Source of the DNA: an uncultured bacterium
Lineage (GTDB): Bacteria > Oederibacteriota > Oederibacteriia > Oederibacteriales > Oederibacteriaceae
Direction: 5' to 3'
DNA: 64,000 nt
Assembly (NCBI GenBank): GCA_965112635.1
Contig: OZ218778.1
Location: 608,001-672,000, forward strand
Shown: in pieces, positions 1 through 8,126 of the stretch
Layout of the letters: every line of letters starts with the position of its first letter
Position numbering within the stretch: position 1 is the stretch's first letter
Notes under the pieces: model-generated
Databases searched by the model: none
What the model was told of the DNA's origin: nothing
The model's input: only the letters and a program-made list of their open reading frames with translations
Position numbers and translations under genes: made by a program

Positions 1-1497
1 GGAATAATCCGGCCGATACACCTGGTTCTGGGAAAAGATCGGGACATCGGGCAAAAAGGAGTTACCGTTGACATCGACCAGCCCCAGACTCGACTCGTTG
101 ATCCCCGCATCATAGATCCTGGATTGTGCAAAAAAATTATAGTATTCCGGGCCCACGCTGGAATAACTCGCCGTGATAGTGCCGGGGCTGGGGAAGATGC
201 TGACCGCAGTGGTCATGGCGTTGTCGATGAGCAGACCCTCGGGATAAACATTGGGACTGGTTTGGTTGACGTCCATATTGAGGGTGCTCAGCGCGGCTTC
301 ATGGGTGATCTCGACAGCCTGCCCCAGCTTTAGTTTAAGGTCACCGCTCAGGATCCATTCGTCTTTGCGGCTGACAGCCATAGGCCGGGTCAAGTCAAAA
401 GCATTGACCGGCAGCAGGATATCGGGGCCGGTATCACTGGCGTCCCAGGACGAAATAAAGGATGACCCCCAGTGCAGGAGCGGAGACGCGTCTCCTTCGG
501 CCCGCCCCACATAAACCCACGGTTCCACATAGAGCAGTGTTTGGGTGGAACTATCCTGGTCAAAAAAGTTATTGATCATGCCCAGCCGCGCTATCATCGA
601 GGTGAGGCCCACGGGATAGGAGTCAAAAATTTTCAAGGTGGATTTCCCTTCCAGGCCGGTCAAGGGCAGATTGTGGTCTTTAAGACCCAGTTGCATCTTT
701 AGGTCCGCCACTTTCCTGCTGAACCATAAGGGTTCCAGGGGGTAATAGTCGTCGTCGTCCTCGTAACCGGCCATCAGGGGGCTGAGCTTAAAAGAAATAT
801 CTCCGGCCCAGAACTGACCGTAGGGGGTTTCCATATTGGCCCGCATGGCGCTGAGGTCGACCTGGGTGATGTCATTGCTGTTATGGTAATAAGAAAGCGC
901 CCTCATCTCTATTTCCGCCGAACCATAAGGGCTCCGGCAGACGGTGTCCAGGTCAAAATAGTTCCGGATATCCCGGGTAAGCTCCACGGCCGGAGCTCCG
1001 GAATACGGCACAGGCAGGGCGTAACCGTACATCTGCATCTGGTCGAATCCTGTCCAGAAATCCCCGCCGATATAGACCGGCATCTGTTCGGCAAAGAACT
1101 TCTCCTGGTTCTGTTCCAGCTGGGTCTGTTTCTGGCGCAGAGAGACCAGCTGGTCCGCGATCTTGTCCAGCTTGGCGCCCAGGTTGACCATCTCCTCCTC
1201 GTATTCACGGACCAGCTTGTATATCTTGTCCCAGTCCATGGCCGTGGCAGCCGGGCTTTGCGCCGGGTTGGAGGCGGACTGCACGGCTTGGGCCACCCAG
1301 AGGGCCATTTCCCGGGAGCTGTAGGAGGACTTGTCCGGCAAGGGCCCTTTTAAAAAACCCTTTTGGGCCAGGTCCTTGAGGGCCTGGACCGACCAGTCGC
1401 TGTCAGGCACGCTGTCCGGCCTAGCAGCCCATACAAGAGGTCCGCCCAGCCAGGTGCATAATAAAATAATTAGAATCGTGTTCAGGTTTCGTTTCAC
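1..1497 (-). CDS. SLH-like domain + coiled coil + putative outer-membrane beta-barrel (OmpM-like); truncated by the left window edge
   Basis: Absent from the ORF track because it has no stop in the window. Hand translation from GTG 1497 (AGGAG upstream): MKRNLNTILIILLCTWLGGPLVWAARPDSVPDSDWSVQALKDLAQKGFL..SSREMALWVAQA..LVREYEEEM, an SLH-type P-x-x-x-W / R-E-M-A pattern. Frame checked open to about 540. Confidence 0.7.
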   Translation of the reverse strand, partial: MKRNLNTILIILLCTWLGGPLVWAARPDSVPDSDWSVQALKDLAQKGFLKGPLPDKSSYSSREMALWVAQAVQSASNPAQSPAATAMDWDKIYKLVREYEEEMVNLGAKLDKIADQLVSLRQKQTQLEQNQEKFFAEQMPVYIGGDFWTGFDQMQMYGYALPVPYSGAPAVELTRDIRNYFDLDTVCRSPYGSAEIEMRALSYYHNSNDITQVDLSAMRANMETPYGQFWAGDISFKLSPLMAGYEDDDDYYPLEPLWFSRKVADLKMQLGLKDHNLPLTGLEGKSTLKIFDSYPVGLTSMIARLGMINNFFDQDSSTQTLLYVEPWVYVGRAEGDASPLLHWGSSFISSWDASDTGPDILLPVNAFDLTRPMAVSRKDEWILSGDLKLKLGQAVEITHEAALSTLNMDVNQTSPNVYPEGLLIDNAMTTAVSIFPSPGTITASYSSVGPEYYNFFAQSRIYDAGINESSLGLVDVNGNSFLPDVPIFSQNQVYRPDYS

Positions 1498-1505
1498 TCA
1501 GGCTC

Positions 1506-4004
1506 CTAAAAGCTATAACTGGATCTTATTTCAGTGGTCACGATACCATTACTAATATCTTCTTCGGGGTGCGTGGCATCATTGCTCGTTATATATTGAT
1601 AGCGGACTGTCAGGATCGTATAACGCATCAAGTCCAGGTCCAGCCCGACATCGGCCGTGGTGACAAGATAATTCAGGGGGTCCAGAGCGTAGGTCGAATT
1701 GGGGCCGTTAAGTTGTGTGATATACAAGTTATAGGCTGAGCGGATGGTTTCGGCCCCGTAACCGACGCAGATGCTGAGCGGGTCGAACAGGTTATAGACG
1801 ATCATAGAGTTAACATAACCGTGGGTCATCCAGGCGCCCGCATCCGTGGCCGGAACGAACTGGAACTCCTTGGTCGTGCTTTGCAGGATACCGCTGATCC
1901 AAAAATAAGTGACCCGGGGTATGGGCAGGAACTTGCTGAGGATGGTCCTGAAATCTCCGCTTAAGGTCGTGTAATACGGCCCGCACCATTGGGTCGGGTC
2001 CTGCATCGCGGGATCATTGATAGGTATGGCAAAGTCATTCTCGCCCCAGGCCACGCTGGTAAAATAATGATAGGGTGGCGCCATCGTTAGAGGAAACGTC
2101 GGACCGCCTATATTGGAAATTTGGCTGGGAAAGGTCCCCAGAAAGACAGGCGCGGTGATGAAATCAGAGACCCATTTCAAATTATGGGAAGAGCAATAAT
2201 TGACTTGCATGATGGAAGCGGGGATGCGCTTGGGCGCCAGCAGCAAGTCAAACCCTTCCCGGTTAGTCGACCATTCCATGGGTTCGTTGCACCAGTTCAC
2301 TACGGGACACCCGCCTCCCATTTCGTACATCAACCAGAAAGGGATATTGTCCCTCAAAGCGTAGTTAGTACCACTACCGGAATTATCCCAAAAATTAAAG
2401 AGCCCTCCCTGCACGACTCCGGAGTATTGTTTGCCCGGCATGTTACCGACCCACGATTCGCTCCCGGGAGGGGCATACTCAGGCCCGATCCTGTAGTAAT
2501 CCCCCTTCATCCATACCATGTTGAGGAGCGGCACGCCTTTGAAGGTGTCCGAAAACTCCATTCTGAGGGCGTTATCCACCACAGGCACATTGACCAAATT
2601 GGTGATATGAGAAGACGACCACCATAACCCCTGGTTTTCCATGCTGCTCAGGTTGGAGATGGCATATTCCATATCCACGTCCATGCCGCCTAGATAGGGA
2701 ACATCCTTGGCCATGCGAGTGGTCCATTGCAGGCTCCTGGCGCTGCAATTAAAAACAGCGGTGCCGTTGTTCCTGTTCTCCGAAGGGTCAGAGGCTTCAT
2801 CCTCGGCGTTGAAAGCGTAGGTCGAGGAAGTGGCCGGGTCCGGCACGTCAAAATGCATGGCGAATAGATTATTTTCGGGTTGGTTGTGGCTAGGCGAGCT
2901 GTAGGAGCGGAACCGGTTGACGTAAAAGACCATTTCGGAATTATAGGGCAGCGAACCATTGGTCAACTTGAGGCCTGATAAGGACTGCTGGGGCGCTCCA
3001 AAAGGCGAAAGCTGGGTGAAAACAGTGTTCCACTCGGTCCGGTTATCAGGGGGTATGTTGTTAAATTGCTCAAAAGGAAGGACATGGCGTCCTTCGCTGG
3101 AAGCATTGTTATTATACATCGTCAAAGGGCTGATATAACCCCGGCAGTCCACCCCTGCCTCCACCCGGGTGCCCCAAAGCGCGCTTTCAGCCCGCAGGGT
3201 GGCCGGAAGCGGCACCGGGAAAGAGCCTCCTAGCGTGGGGATGGCGTTACCGGCGGCATCCACCCCGCCCCCCAGGTTCAGGGTGTAAACATTGTCAATG
3301 CGGTAATCCAGGCCCACGCCCACATTTTGGGCGCCATACCCTAAGGTGAACTGGTTCCCCAATGGACTCCCGGTTCCAGAATAAATCTGCATATTGGCAG
3401 GGAAGCTGCCTTCTTGGCGGCCATACCAGGCCCCATCCCACCGGTTACCCAGACCTGTGTAGGTTACGTTCTGGGCCAGGGCGATATAGCTTCCCTTGAG
3501 GTTGCTTTCAATATCGTTGAATTCTTTGAGGTCGCTGTCGATCTCGGCGCTCCGCTGGGTGATCTCCCCCTTTTTCGCTTGGACCTTATCCTCCATATCT
3601 TTAAGCTCGCTGCGGAACTCGGTGAACAGCCTGTCCAGGTTGTTCAACTCCGTTTGGGTGATCATGACCTGGGAATTCGTCTGGGCCTCATAACCAGCCT
3701 GGGCCACGTAAAAAGCCGCGTCAGTACGGCTCAACGGCTCCTCGGCATAGGGGAAATTCTTCAACTCCTCCTGGGGCACCTGGATAAGTCCGGAGACGGC
3801 CAAGTCATGCAGGGCCTTTAAGGACCAGTGGTCCGCGGGCAGATAAGCCGTAGACCCGGCCAGGAACAAAGGGTTGAGGGCCAGGTAAAAAAGAGGGATC
3901 AATAAAAGAGCGGCAAAAAGGGGGGTTTTAAAATTATTAAAAATGGATAAGGTAAAAAACCGGAACAACCGCAGGACAACCCGTAAAAAAACAGTGAAAT
4001 CCAC
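1506..4004 (-). CDS. SLH-like domain + coiled coil + large putative outer-membrane beta-barrel (OmpM-like)
   Basis: LPADHWSLKALHDLAVSGLI..LSRTDAAFYVAQA..LFTEFRSEL matches the SLH/OmpM N-terminus. C-terminal YSF looks like a beta-signal. GTG 4004 has a GGAG SD (ORF track starts at 4025). Confidence 0.72.
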   Translation of the reverse strand: MDFTVFLRVVLRLFRFFTLSIFNNFKTPLFAALLLIPLFYLALNPLFLAGSTAYLPADHWSLKALHDLAVSGLIQVPQEELKNFPYAEEPLSRTDAAFYVAQAGYEAQTNSQVMITQTELNNLDRLFTEFRSELKDMEDKVQAKKGEITQRSAEIDSDLKEFNDIESNLKGSYIALAQNVTYTGLGNRWDGAWYGRQEGSFPANMQIYSGTGSPLGNQFTLGYGAQNVGVGLDYRIDNVYTLNLGGGVDAAGNAIPTLGGSFPVPLPATLRAESALWGTRVEAGVDCRGYISPLTMYNNNASSEGRHVLPFEQFNNIPPDNRTEWNTVFTQLSPFGAPQQSLSGLKLTNGSLPYNSEMVFYVNRFRSYSSPSHNQPENNLFAMHFDVPDPATSSTYAFNAEDEASDPSENRNNGTAVFNCSARSLQWTTRMAKDVPYLGGMDVDMEYAISNLSSMENQGLWWSSSHITNLVNVPVVDNALRMEFSDTFKGVPLLNMVWMKGDYYRIGPEYAPPGSESWVGNMPGKQYSGVVQGGLFNFWDNSGSGTNYALRDNIPFWLMYEMGGGCPVVNWCNEPMEWSTNREGFDLLLAPKRIPASIMQVNYCSSHNLKWVSDFITAPVFLGTFPSQISNIGGPTFPLTMAPPYHYFTSVAWGENDFAIPINDPAMQDPTQWCGPYYTTLSGDFRTILSKFLPIPRVTYFWISGILQSTTKEFQFVPATDAGAWMTHGYVNSMIVYNLFDPLSICVGYGAETIRSAYNLYITQLNGPNSTYALDPLNYLVTTADVGLDLDLMRYTILTVRYQYITSNDATHPEEDISNGIVTTEIRSSYSF

Positions 4005-4082
4005 TTCTCCCTTTCCATATTCCATATCCAGCAGTTTTCTTTCCTTGGCGAAAAAATGAGTATGTACGGTCTGTGATCCGGA

Positions 4083-4838
4083 TTAATTAATGTACCAATC
4101 GTCCAAATAGATCGTTTCCACGACACCGGGCGCGCCGACAAATTTGATCCTGCCCACACAATCAAGATCCACGGCGGGATTACCCGACCCGGGAATAAAA
4201 AGCGTGAGCGGCACCCTGACTTCCTGCCACCCCTTGGTGATGCCCCCCGAGGGCGGCAGGAAATAGGCACCCATAACAGGGATGTAATTGGACTGGTTCT
4301 CGCCGGGGGTGAGGTCGTTGACACGCATGGAGATGCTTTCTCCCCCATTCTGACCCTTGACCCAGAAATCCATATAACCATGGTTGGACAAGGTTATCCC
4401 GTTCCCCTGGGGAGTATTGCACTGTCCAAAGGACGGCAGGTTGCAATAACCGGAGAACTGTAACTCGCAATCACCGGTCGTGGAATCAAAAACGATCTTG
4501 AGGCAGGTGCTGTTGTTATGGCCTGCTGGAGGGCCGACCTCAGCGAATGAGGAAAGCGGTCCGGGACTGCCGATAAAGATAGGGGGGCTGTTAAAAACCC
4601 ACAAGGGAACATCGCTGGCGTCGCATCCGAAACCTTCACCGTTATAAACAATAAAAGGTGGCGCATAAGGAAGCGGGGTGCTGGTCGGCGTGGGAGCATA
4701 CCCTATACTCGCAGCCGAAGGCAGCTGCGATGTAGAAGGGTGGGAACAGGCCGTCATCAGCCAAAAGACGGCCAATACCATGACAAATATAAGCCCTATC
4801 ATAAAAGTTGGTTTTAAAACCGTTGGTTTCATATTCAT
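4083..4838 (-). CDS. Lipoprotein with Pro/Thr linker and CBM11/CBM30-like carbohydrate-binding domain
   Basis: Lipobox LMTAC; PTPTSTP linker; MDFWVKGQNGGE..GWQEVRVPLTLF..TIYLDDW galactose-binding-like fold pattern. Confidence 0.6.
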   Translation of the reverse strand: MNMKPTVLKPTFMIGLIFVMVLAVFWLMTACSHPSTSQLPSAASIGYAPTPTSTPLPYAPPFIVYNGEGFGCDASDVPLWVFNSPPIFIGSPGPLSSFAEVGPPAGHNNSTCLKIVFDSTTGDCELQFSGYCNLPSFGQCNTPQGNGITLSNHGYMDFWVKGQNGGESISMRVNDLTPGENQSNYIPVMGAYFLPPSGGITKGWQEVRVPLTLFIPGSGNPAVDLDCVGRIKFVGAPGVVETIYLDDWYIN

Positions 4839-4859
4839 TCTCCTTTCATTTTCAAGCTA

Positions 4860-4890
4860 ATTATAGCATAAATAATAAAATTGCAATTTT
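4860..4890 (-). promoter_or_regulatory. Extended -10 promoter (TGcTATAAT) with an upstream 14-bp palindrome
   Basis: Minus strand reads TGCTATAAT at 4868-4860; perfect palindrome AAAATTGCAATTTT at 4877-4890. Confidence 0.45.
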
Positions 4891-4984
4891 TCAAGAAAAA
4901 AACCTGTTTTAATGAACCCTGCAACCTATATCATCATAATCTATCCATAAATCCACAATAAAGTTACACAAAAATCCAAAAAAT

Positions 4985-5698
4985 TCATTGGAAATAAATA
5001 TTATCCACCCACAGAGTATTGTCTTTTTGATTGCTGGGTAGCTCAAAGCCGACACTATCCACCTTTTGCAGCTTTTCCATGCCTTGGGGCACAGGCAATT
5101 CCGGCGCAAATTGGTCAAGGAAGATCTGGTATAACCACCACCGGCCCATGCCCTGCTGCGGAGGGGAAACAAAGGGATATACTTTATTGTCTAGGTGGGT
5201 ATTGAGCTGGACCTTGAAAGCCAGGGAGTCCTGAGCCTTGACCCACAGGATGATCATCTTGTCGGATTGGACATCCAGACCCTTTCCTTGATAAGGCGAG
5301 GTTTCAGCCGCCCCGCAGCCCCAACCCTTGCCGAACTTATAATCTATTTTCCCGCAATATTTCCCCAACTTGGCGCCCTGTTGGACCACTGTAAAACTAC
5401 AGCTGCTGCCGTTGGCCGCATCCCCCCACGTCCAGCCGCCGCTGCCCAGAACTCCCGTTTCAAAATCGTCGTAAAGCACTGCCTGGGGAGAAAGTTGGAC
5501 ATTTTGTTGCACCCCTAGGCTTCCACCGCAGCCGGTCAAAACGGCCGTCAACAGGAAAAACAAGAGACCCGCAAGCAGGTTTTGGCCGCGGGTATGGCCT
5601 TTCCAGCGCTCCAATAACGATCTCCTGAATGGGCTGTGCCCGGCACCTTTGATCAATTCCGGAACAGCTGAAAGTTTAAGCGTTAGAAATTGATTCAA
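4985..5698 (-). CDS. Lipoprotein with CBM11-like carbohydrate-binding domain
   Basis: Lipobox LTGC; YDDFE..W..KIDY..WG..ILWVK..WWLYQIFLDQF..TLWVDNIYF. Start codon uncertain. Confidence 0.6.
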   Translation of the reverse strand: MNQFLTLKLSAVPELIKGAGHSPFRRSLLERWKGHTRGQNLLAGLLFFLLTAVLTGCGGSLGVQQNVQLSPQAVLYDDFETGVLGSGGWTWGDAANGSSCSFTVVQQGAKLGKYCGKIDYKFGKGWGCGAAETSPYQGKGLDVQSDKMIILWVKAQDSLAFKVQLNTHLDNKVYPFVSPPQQGMGRWWLYQIFLDQFAPELPVPQGMEKLQKVDSVGFELPSNQKDNTLWVDNIYFQ

Positions 5699-5738
5699 GT
5701 TTTTTCCTTTTGCGGGTCTGCGGCGGTTGAAAAGGGTG

Positions 5739-6440
5739 TTACCAGGTCCCGGTCACTTGATCCATGAAAATGGGCCCGGTCAAAGCCTCTTTGGAGTTGA
5801 AGACCAGGATGAATTTCCAGGCGTCCCTGAGCTCGTCTTGCGAAATATCAAAAACCAGGTGGTTCACGCCTTCGGACTTGAGGACCGTCTTATGCACGGC
5901 CCAGTTATTGACCGGTCCGCTGCTGATAAAGTTGACTTCGACCTCTTTGTTGAGTCCCAGGACGCCCGCTGGAATGTAAAGGTCAAGGCTGATCTGTTTA
6001 ATTTTATAAAGCTCCTGATAGTAGGCCAGCTGCGAAGGCACCACCCAGGCCAGGTCTTCATTCCATCCTCTGGCGCCTTTGGTGTCGATCTTGAGGCATC
6101 CCTTGCCCTCGGTAGGATGTTCCTCGGAATAGGAAACCTTGCCCTGCCAACCCTCAGTGTCAAAACTGTTGAACCCATAAAGCAGGAAGTTATTCTTGCC
6201 CTGTTGCATGGCTATGGTGAAAGATTCTTCGACTGTCCTCGGTACCCTTGTCGGATATGGCGTAGGGGTATCGGTAGGGATCGGGGTTGGGGTATCCGTG
6301 TTGGTATAGGTTTCCGTCGGGGTAGAGGAAGGTGTTTCTAAATGCTTATTGACCAACTGGACATAGCTGCAACTGGAAAAGATCAGCGCTGCGACAAAGA
6401 ACGGGATCAATAAAAACAGCCAAAAACGGATGGCCTTCAA
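5739..6440 (-). CDS. Lipoprotein with Pro/Thr-rich linker and galactose-binding-like domain
   Basis: Lipobox FSSC; TPTETYTNTDTPTPIPTDTPTPYPT linker; FDTEGW..EGKGCLKI..ISLDLYIP..GPIFMDQV. Confidence 0.5.
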   Translation of the reverse strand: MKAIRFWLFLLIPFFVAALIFSSCSYVQLVNKHLETPSSTPTETYTNTDTPTPIPTDTPTPYPTRVPRTVEESFTIAMQQGKNNFLLYGFNSFDTEGWQGKVSYSEEHPTEGKGCLKIDTKGARGWNEDLAWVVPSQLAYYQELYKIKQISLDLYIPAGVLGLNKEVEVNFISSGPVNNWAVHKTVLKSEGVNHLVFDISQDELRDAWKFILVFNSKEALTGPIFMDQVTGTW

Positions 6441-6497
6441 GCGCTTTCCCTTCTGTTCTCAGGTTAATGAATAACTCAAAAATCCAACGCTTCATGT

Positions 6498-6526
6498 ATC
6501 TTACTCAAGCTGGATAACCCTGTCAA
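6498..6526 (-). promoter_or_regulatory. Sigma70-type promoter for the CBM-lipoprotein cluster
   Basis: TTGACA (6526-6521), 17-nt spacer, TAAGAT (6503-6498). Confidence 0.6.
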
Positions 6527-6533
6527 GGCAGCG

Positions 6534-7037
6534 TCATTTACCCTTTTGCGCCAGAAGATTCTCTACTTCCTGGCTAAATGTCGCCTCATCGGTGTAGCCG
6601 ATATATTTATTGACGATACGGCCCTGGCGGTCGATCAAAAAGGTCGTGGGGATCCCCCGGATGCCGCCGTAGGTCACCGTGACCTGCTCGTTGCCTATGA
6701 CCAGCGGGTAGTTGATCCTGGCCTTTTCGGCAAAATCTCGGACATGCGCCGCGTCATCCAGGGCCACCCCGACGATAAGCACCCCTTTGTCTTTGTATTT
6801 CCGGGCTAGTTTGATGTAGGAGGGGATCTCTTTGACGCAGGGCGGACACCAGGTGGCCCAAAAATCTAGGATGACGACCTTGTCTTTGGTCTGGCTGGCG
6901 AAATTAAAATCCTTGCCGGCCGGGTCCTTCAAAGTAAAATCCGGAGCCGTGGTGACCTTGGGGCTGGCTGGCTGGCATCCCCACAGGCCAAAAGCTATCC
7001 CTAAAACCAGAAGACCTTCTGCAAATTTTCTATTCAC
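6534..7037 (-). CDS. TlpA/ResA-family thiol-disulfide reductase lipoprotein
   Basis: APDFTL..DFWATWCPPC..GIPTTFLID; lipobox LWGC. Confidence 0.9.
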   Translation of the reverse strand: MNRKFAEGLLVLGIAFGLWGCQPASPKVTTAPDFTLKDPAGKDFNFASQTKDKVVILDFWATWCPPCVKEIPSYIKLARKYKDKGVLIVGVALDDAAHVRDFAEKARINYPLVIGNEQVTVTYGGIRGIPTTFLIDRQGRIVNKYIGYTDEATFSQEVENLLAQKGK

Positions 7038-7063
7038 GTCTTCCCCCTCCTATCACAGGTTAG

Positions 7064-7807
7064 TTACTGAAAAATTGCCGGTAAAAAATTTAGATATCGA
7101 GACACCGCCTGCAGCTGGTCGAAAAAGATCAATACCCCGGCTATGACCAGCAACCCGCCGCTGGTCACCTCTATGAACCGCATCCACTTTTTGGCCCGAG
7201 TCAGCCATTTCAAAAAATAACCGGCTCCTAATGAGATCAAAATAAAGGGCAGGCCCAGTCCAGCCGAATACGCCGTGAGCAAGATGATCCCCCGGCCTAC
7301 CGTGACCTCAGTGCTGGCCAGGGCCAGGATGCTCCCCAGGATGGGGCCGATGCACGGCGACCAGCTGAAGGCAAAAGCCAGCCCCAGCAAAAAAGAGAAA
7401 AGCAGTCCCGTCTTGCCGCTGGCGACCTGGAACCTTTTCTGGTAATAGAGGAAATTGAACCAGGAAATTTTTTTAAAGGCTCCGGCCAGGTAAAGCCCGA
7501 AAAAAACTATCAGAACCCCCGCTATCCTGTTGATGAGAAGTTTGTTCTGGAATAAAAACTGGCCTAAAAAAGTTGCCGTGGCTCCCAAAAGGATGAAGAC
7601 CAGCGAGGTCCCCAGCACGAAAAACAGGCTGTTGAGCAGTATTTTGGCGTGGCTGGAAGCACCCTGTTCTCCGCTGGAAAGCTCAGCCACCGACAGGCCC
7701 GATAAGTAAGAAAGGTAGGCCGGCACCAGGGGCATCACGCAAGGAGACAAAAAAGAAAAAAAGCCCGCGATAAAAGCCAGGGTAACGGAAACATTTTGAG
7801 GGGCCAT
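7064..7807 (-). CDS. ccdA: Cytochrome c biogenesis protein CcdA
   Basis: AFIAGFFSFLSPCVMPLVPAYL and FAFSWSPCIGPILGSIL motifs; several TM segments. Confidence 0.92.
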   Translation of the reverse strand: MAPQNVSVTLAFIAGFFSFLSPCVMPLVPAYLSYLSGLSVAELSSGEQGASSHAKILLNSLFFVLGTSLVFILLGATATFLGQFLFQNKLLINRIAGVLIVFFGLYLAGAFKKISWFNFLYYQKRFQVASGKTGLLFSFLLGLAFAFSWSPCIGPILGSILALASTEVTVGRGIILLTAYSAGLGLPFILISLGAGYFLKWLTRAKKWMRFIEVTSGGLLVIAGVLIFFDQLQAVSRYLNFLPAIFQ

Positions 7808-7897
7808 GGTTCCTGCCTTGTGTTTAGGGTTTCATCTAGTTTTCAAACTGATATTCATATTAGCAATCCCGGCAGAAAAATCAAAGCCTCAAGCGTC

Positions 7898-7926
7898 TTG
7901 GCATCTCCAAAAGCGCGTGTTATGAT
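7898..7926 (+). promoter_or_regulatory. Sigma70-type promoter for the SIS-PfkB operon
   Basis: TTGGCA (7898-7903), 17-nt spacer, TATGAT (7921-7926), with extended TG. Confidence 0.55.
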
Positions 7927-7974
7927 AACTCGCTGTTGAAAGAACCTAATAAAGAGTCCATGAACAGCGTGTTA
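7926..7974. repeat. 49-bp inverted-repeat element (family copy 1)
   Basis: TAACTCGCTGTT..AACAGCGTGTTA arms (11/12 paired); related to 33236-33282 and 34460-34507. Confidence 0.75.
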
Positions 7975-8085
7975 CACGAGCTCATGCTCGCACGTCTTCA
8001 AAGACGCGCGCTTGAGCGTGTGCTTGAGCATGTGACATACGCACCTCGCCCTCAAGGTGCGCGTCCATGAGGACGTGAGGGCGTT
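7975..8085. repeat. Nested array of small hairpins with TCAW/WTGA tetraloops (REP/REPIN-like)
   Basis: CGAGC-TCAT-GCTCG, CGTCT-TCAA-AGACG, CGC-TTGA-GCG, TGC-TTGA-GCA, CGTCC-ATGA-GGACG. Confidence 0.7.
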
Positions 8086-8126
8086 TGCGGTGTTGTAAAT
8101 TCTGCTATCAAAGGAAGGTTCAGCTT

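Noticed and set aside
7930-8126. glmS ribozyme upstream of the SIS gene
   Set aside because: No recognisable glmS core sequence, the gene lacks a glutaminase domain, and the same hairpin units recur at 34508 in an unrelated context.
8085-8126. Longer ORF-track starts (also 29486, 31756, 33241, 35034, 38052, 48091, 54466)
   Set aside because: They overlap repeats or neighbouring genes; downstream starts have SD sequences and match family N-termini.
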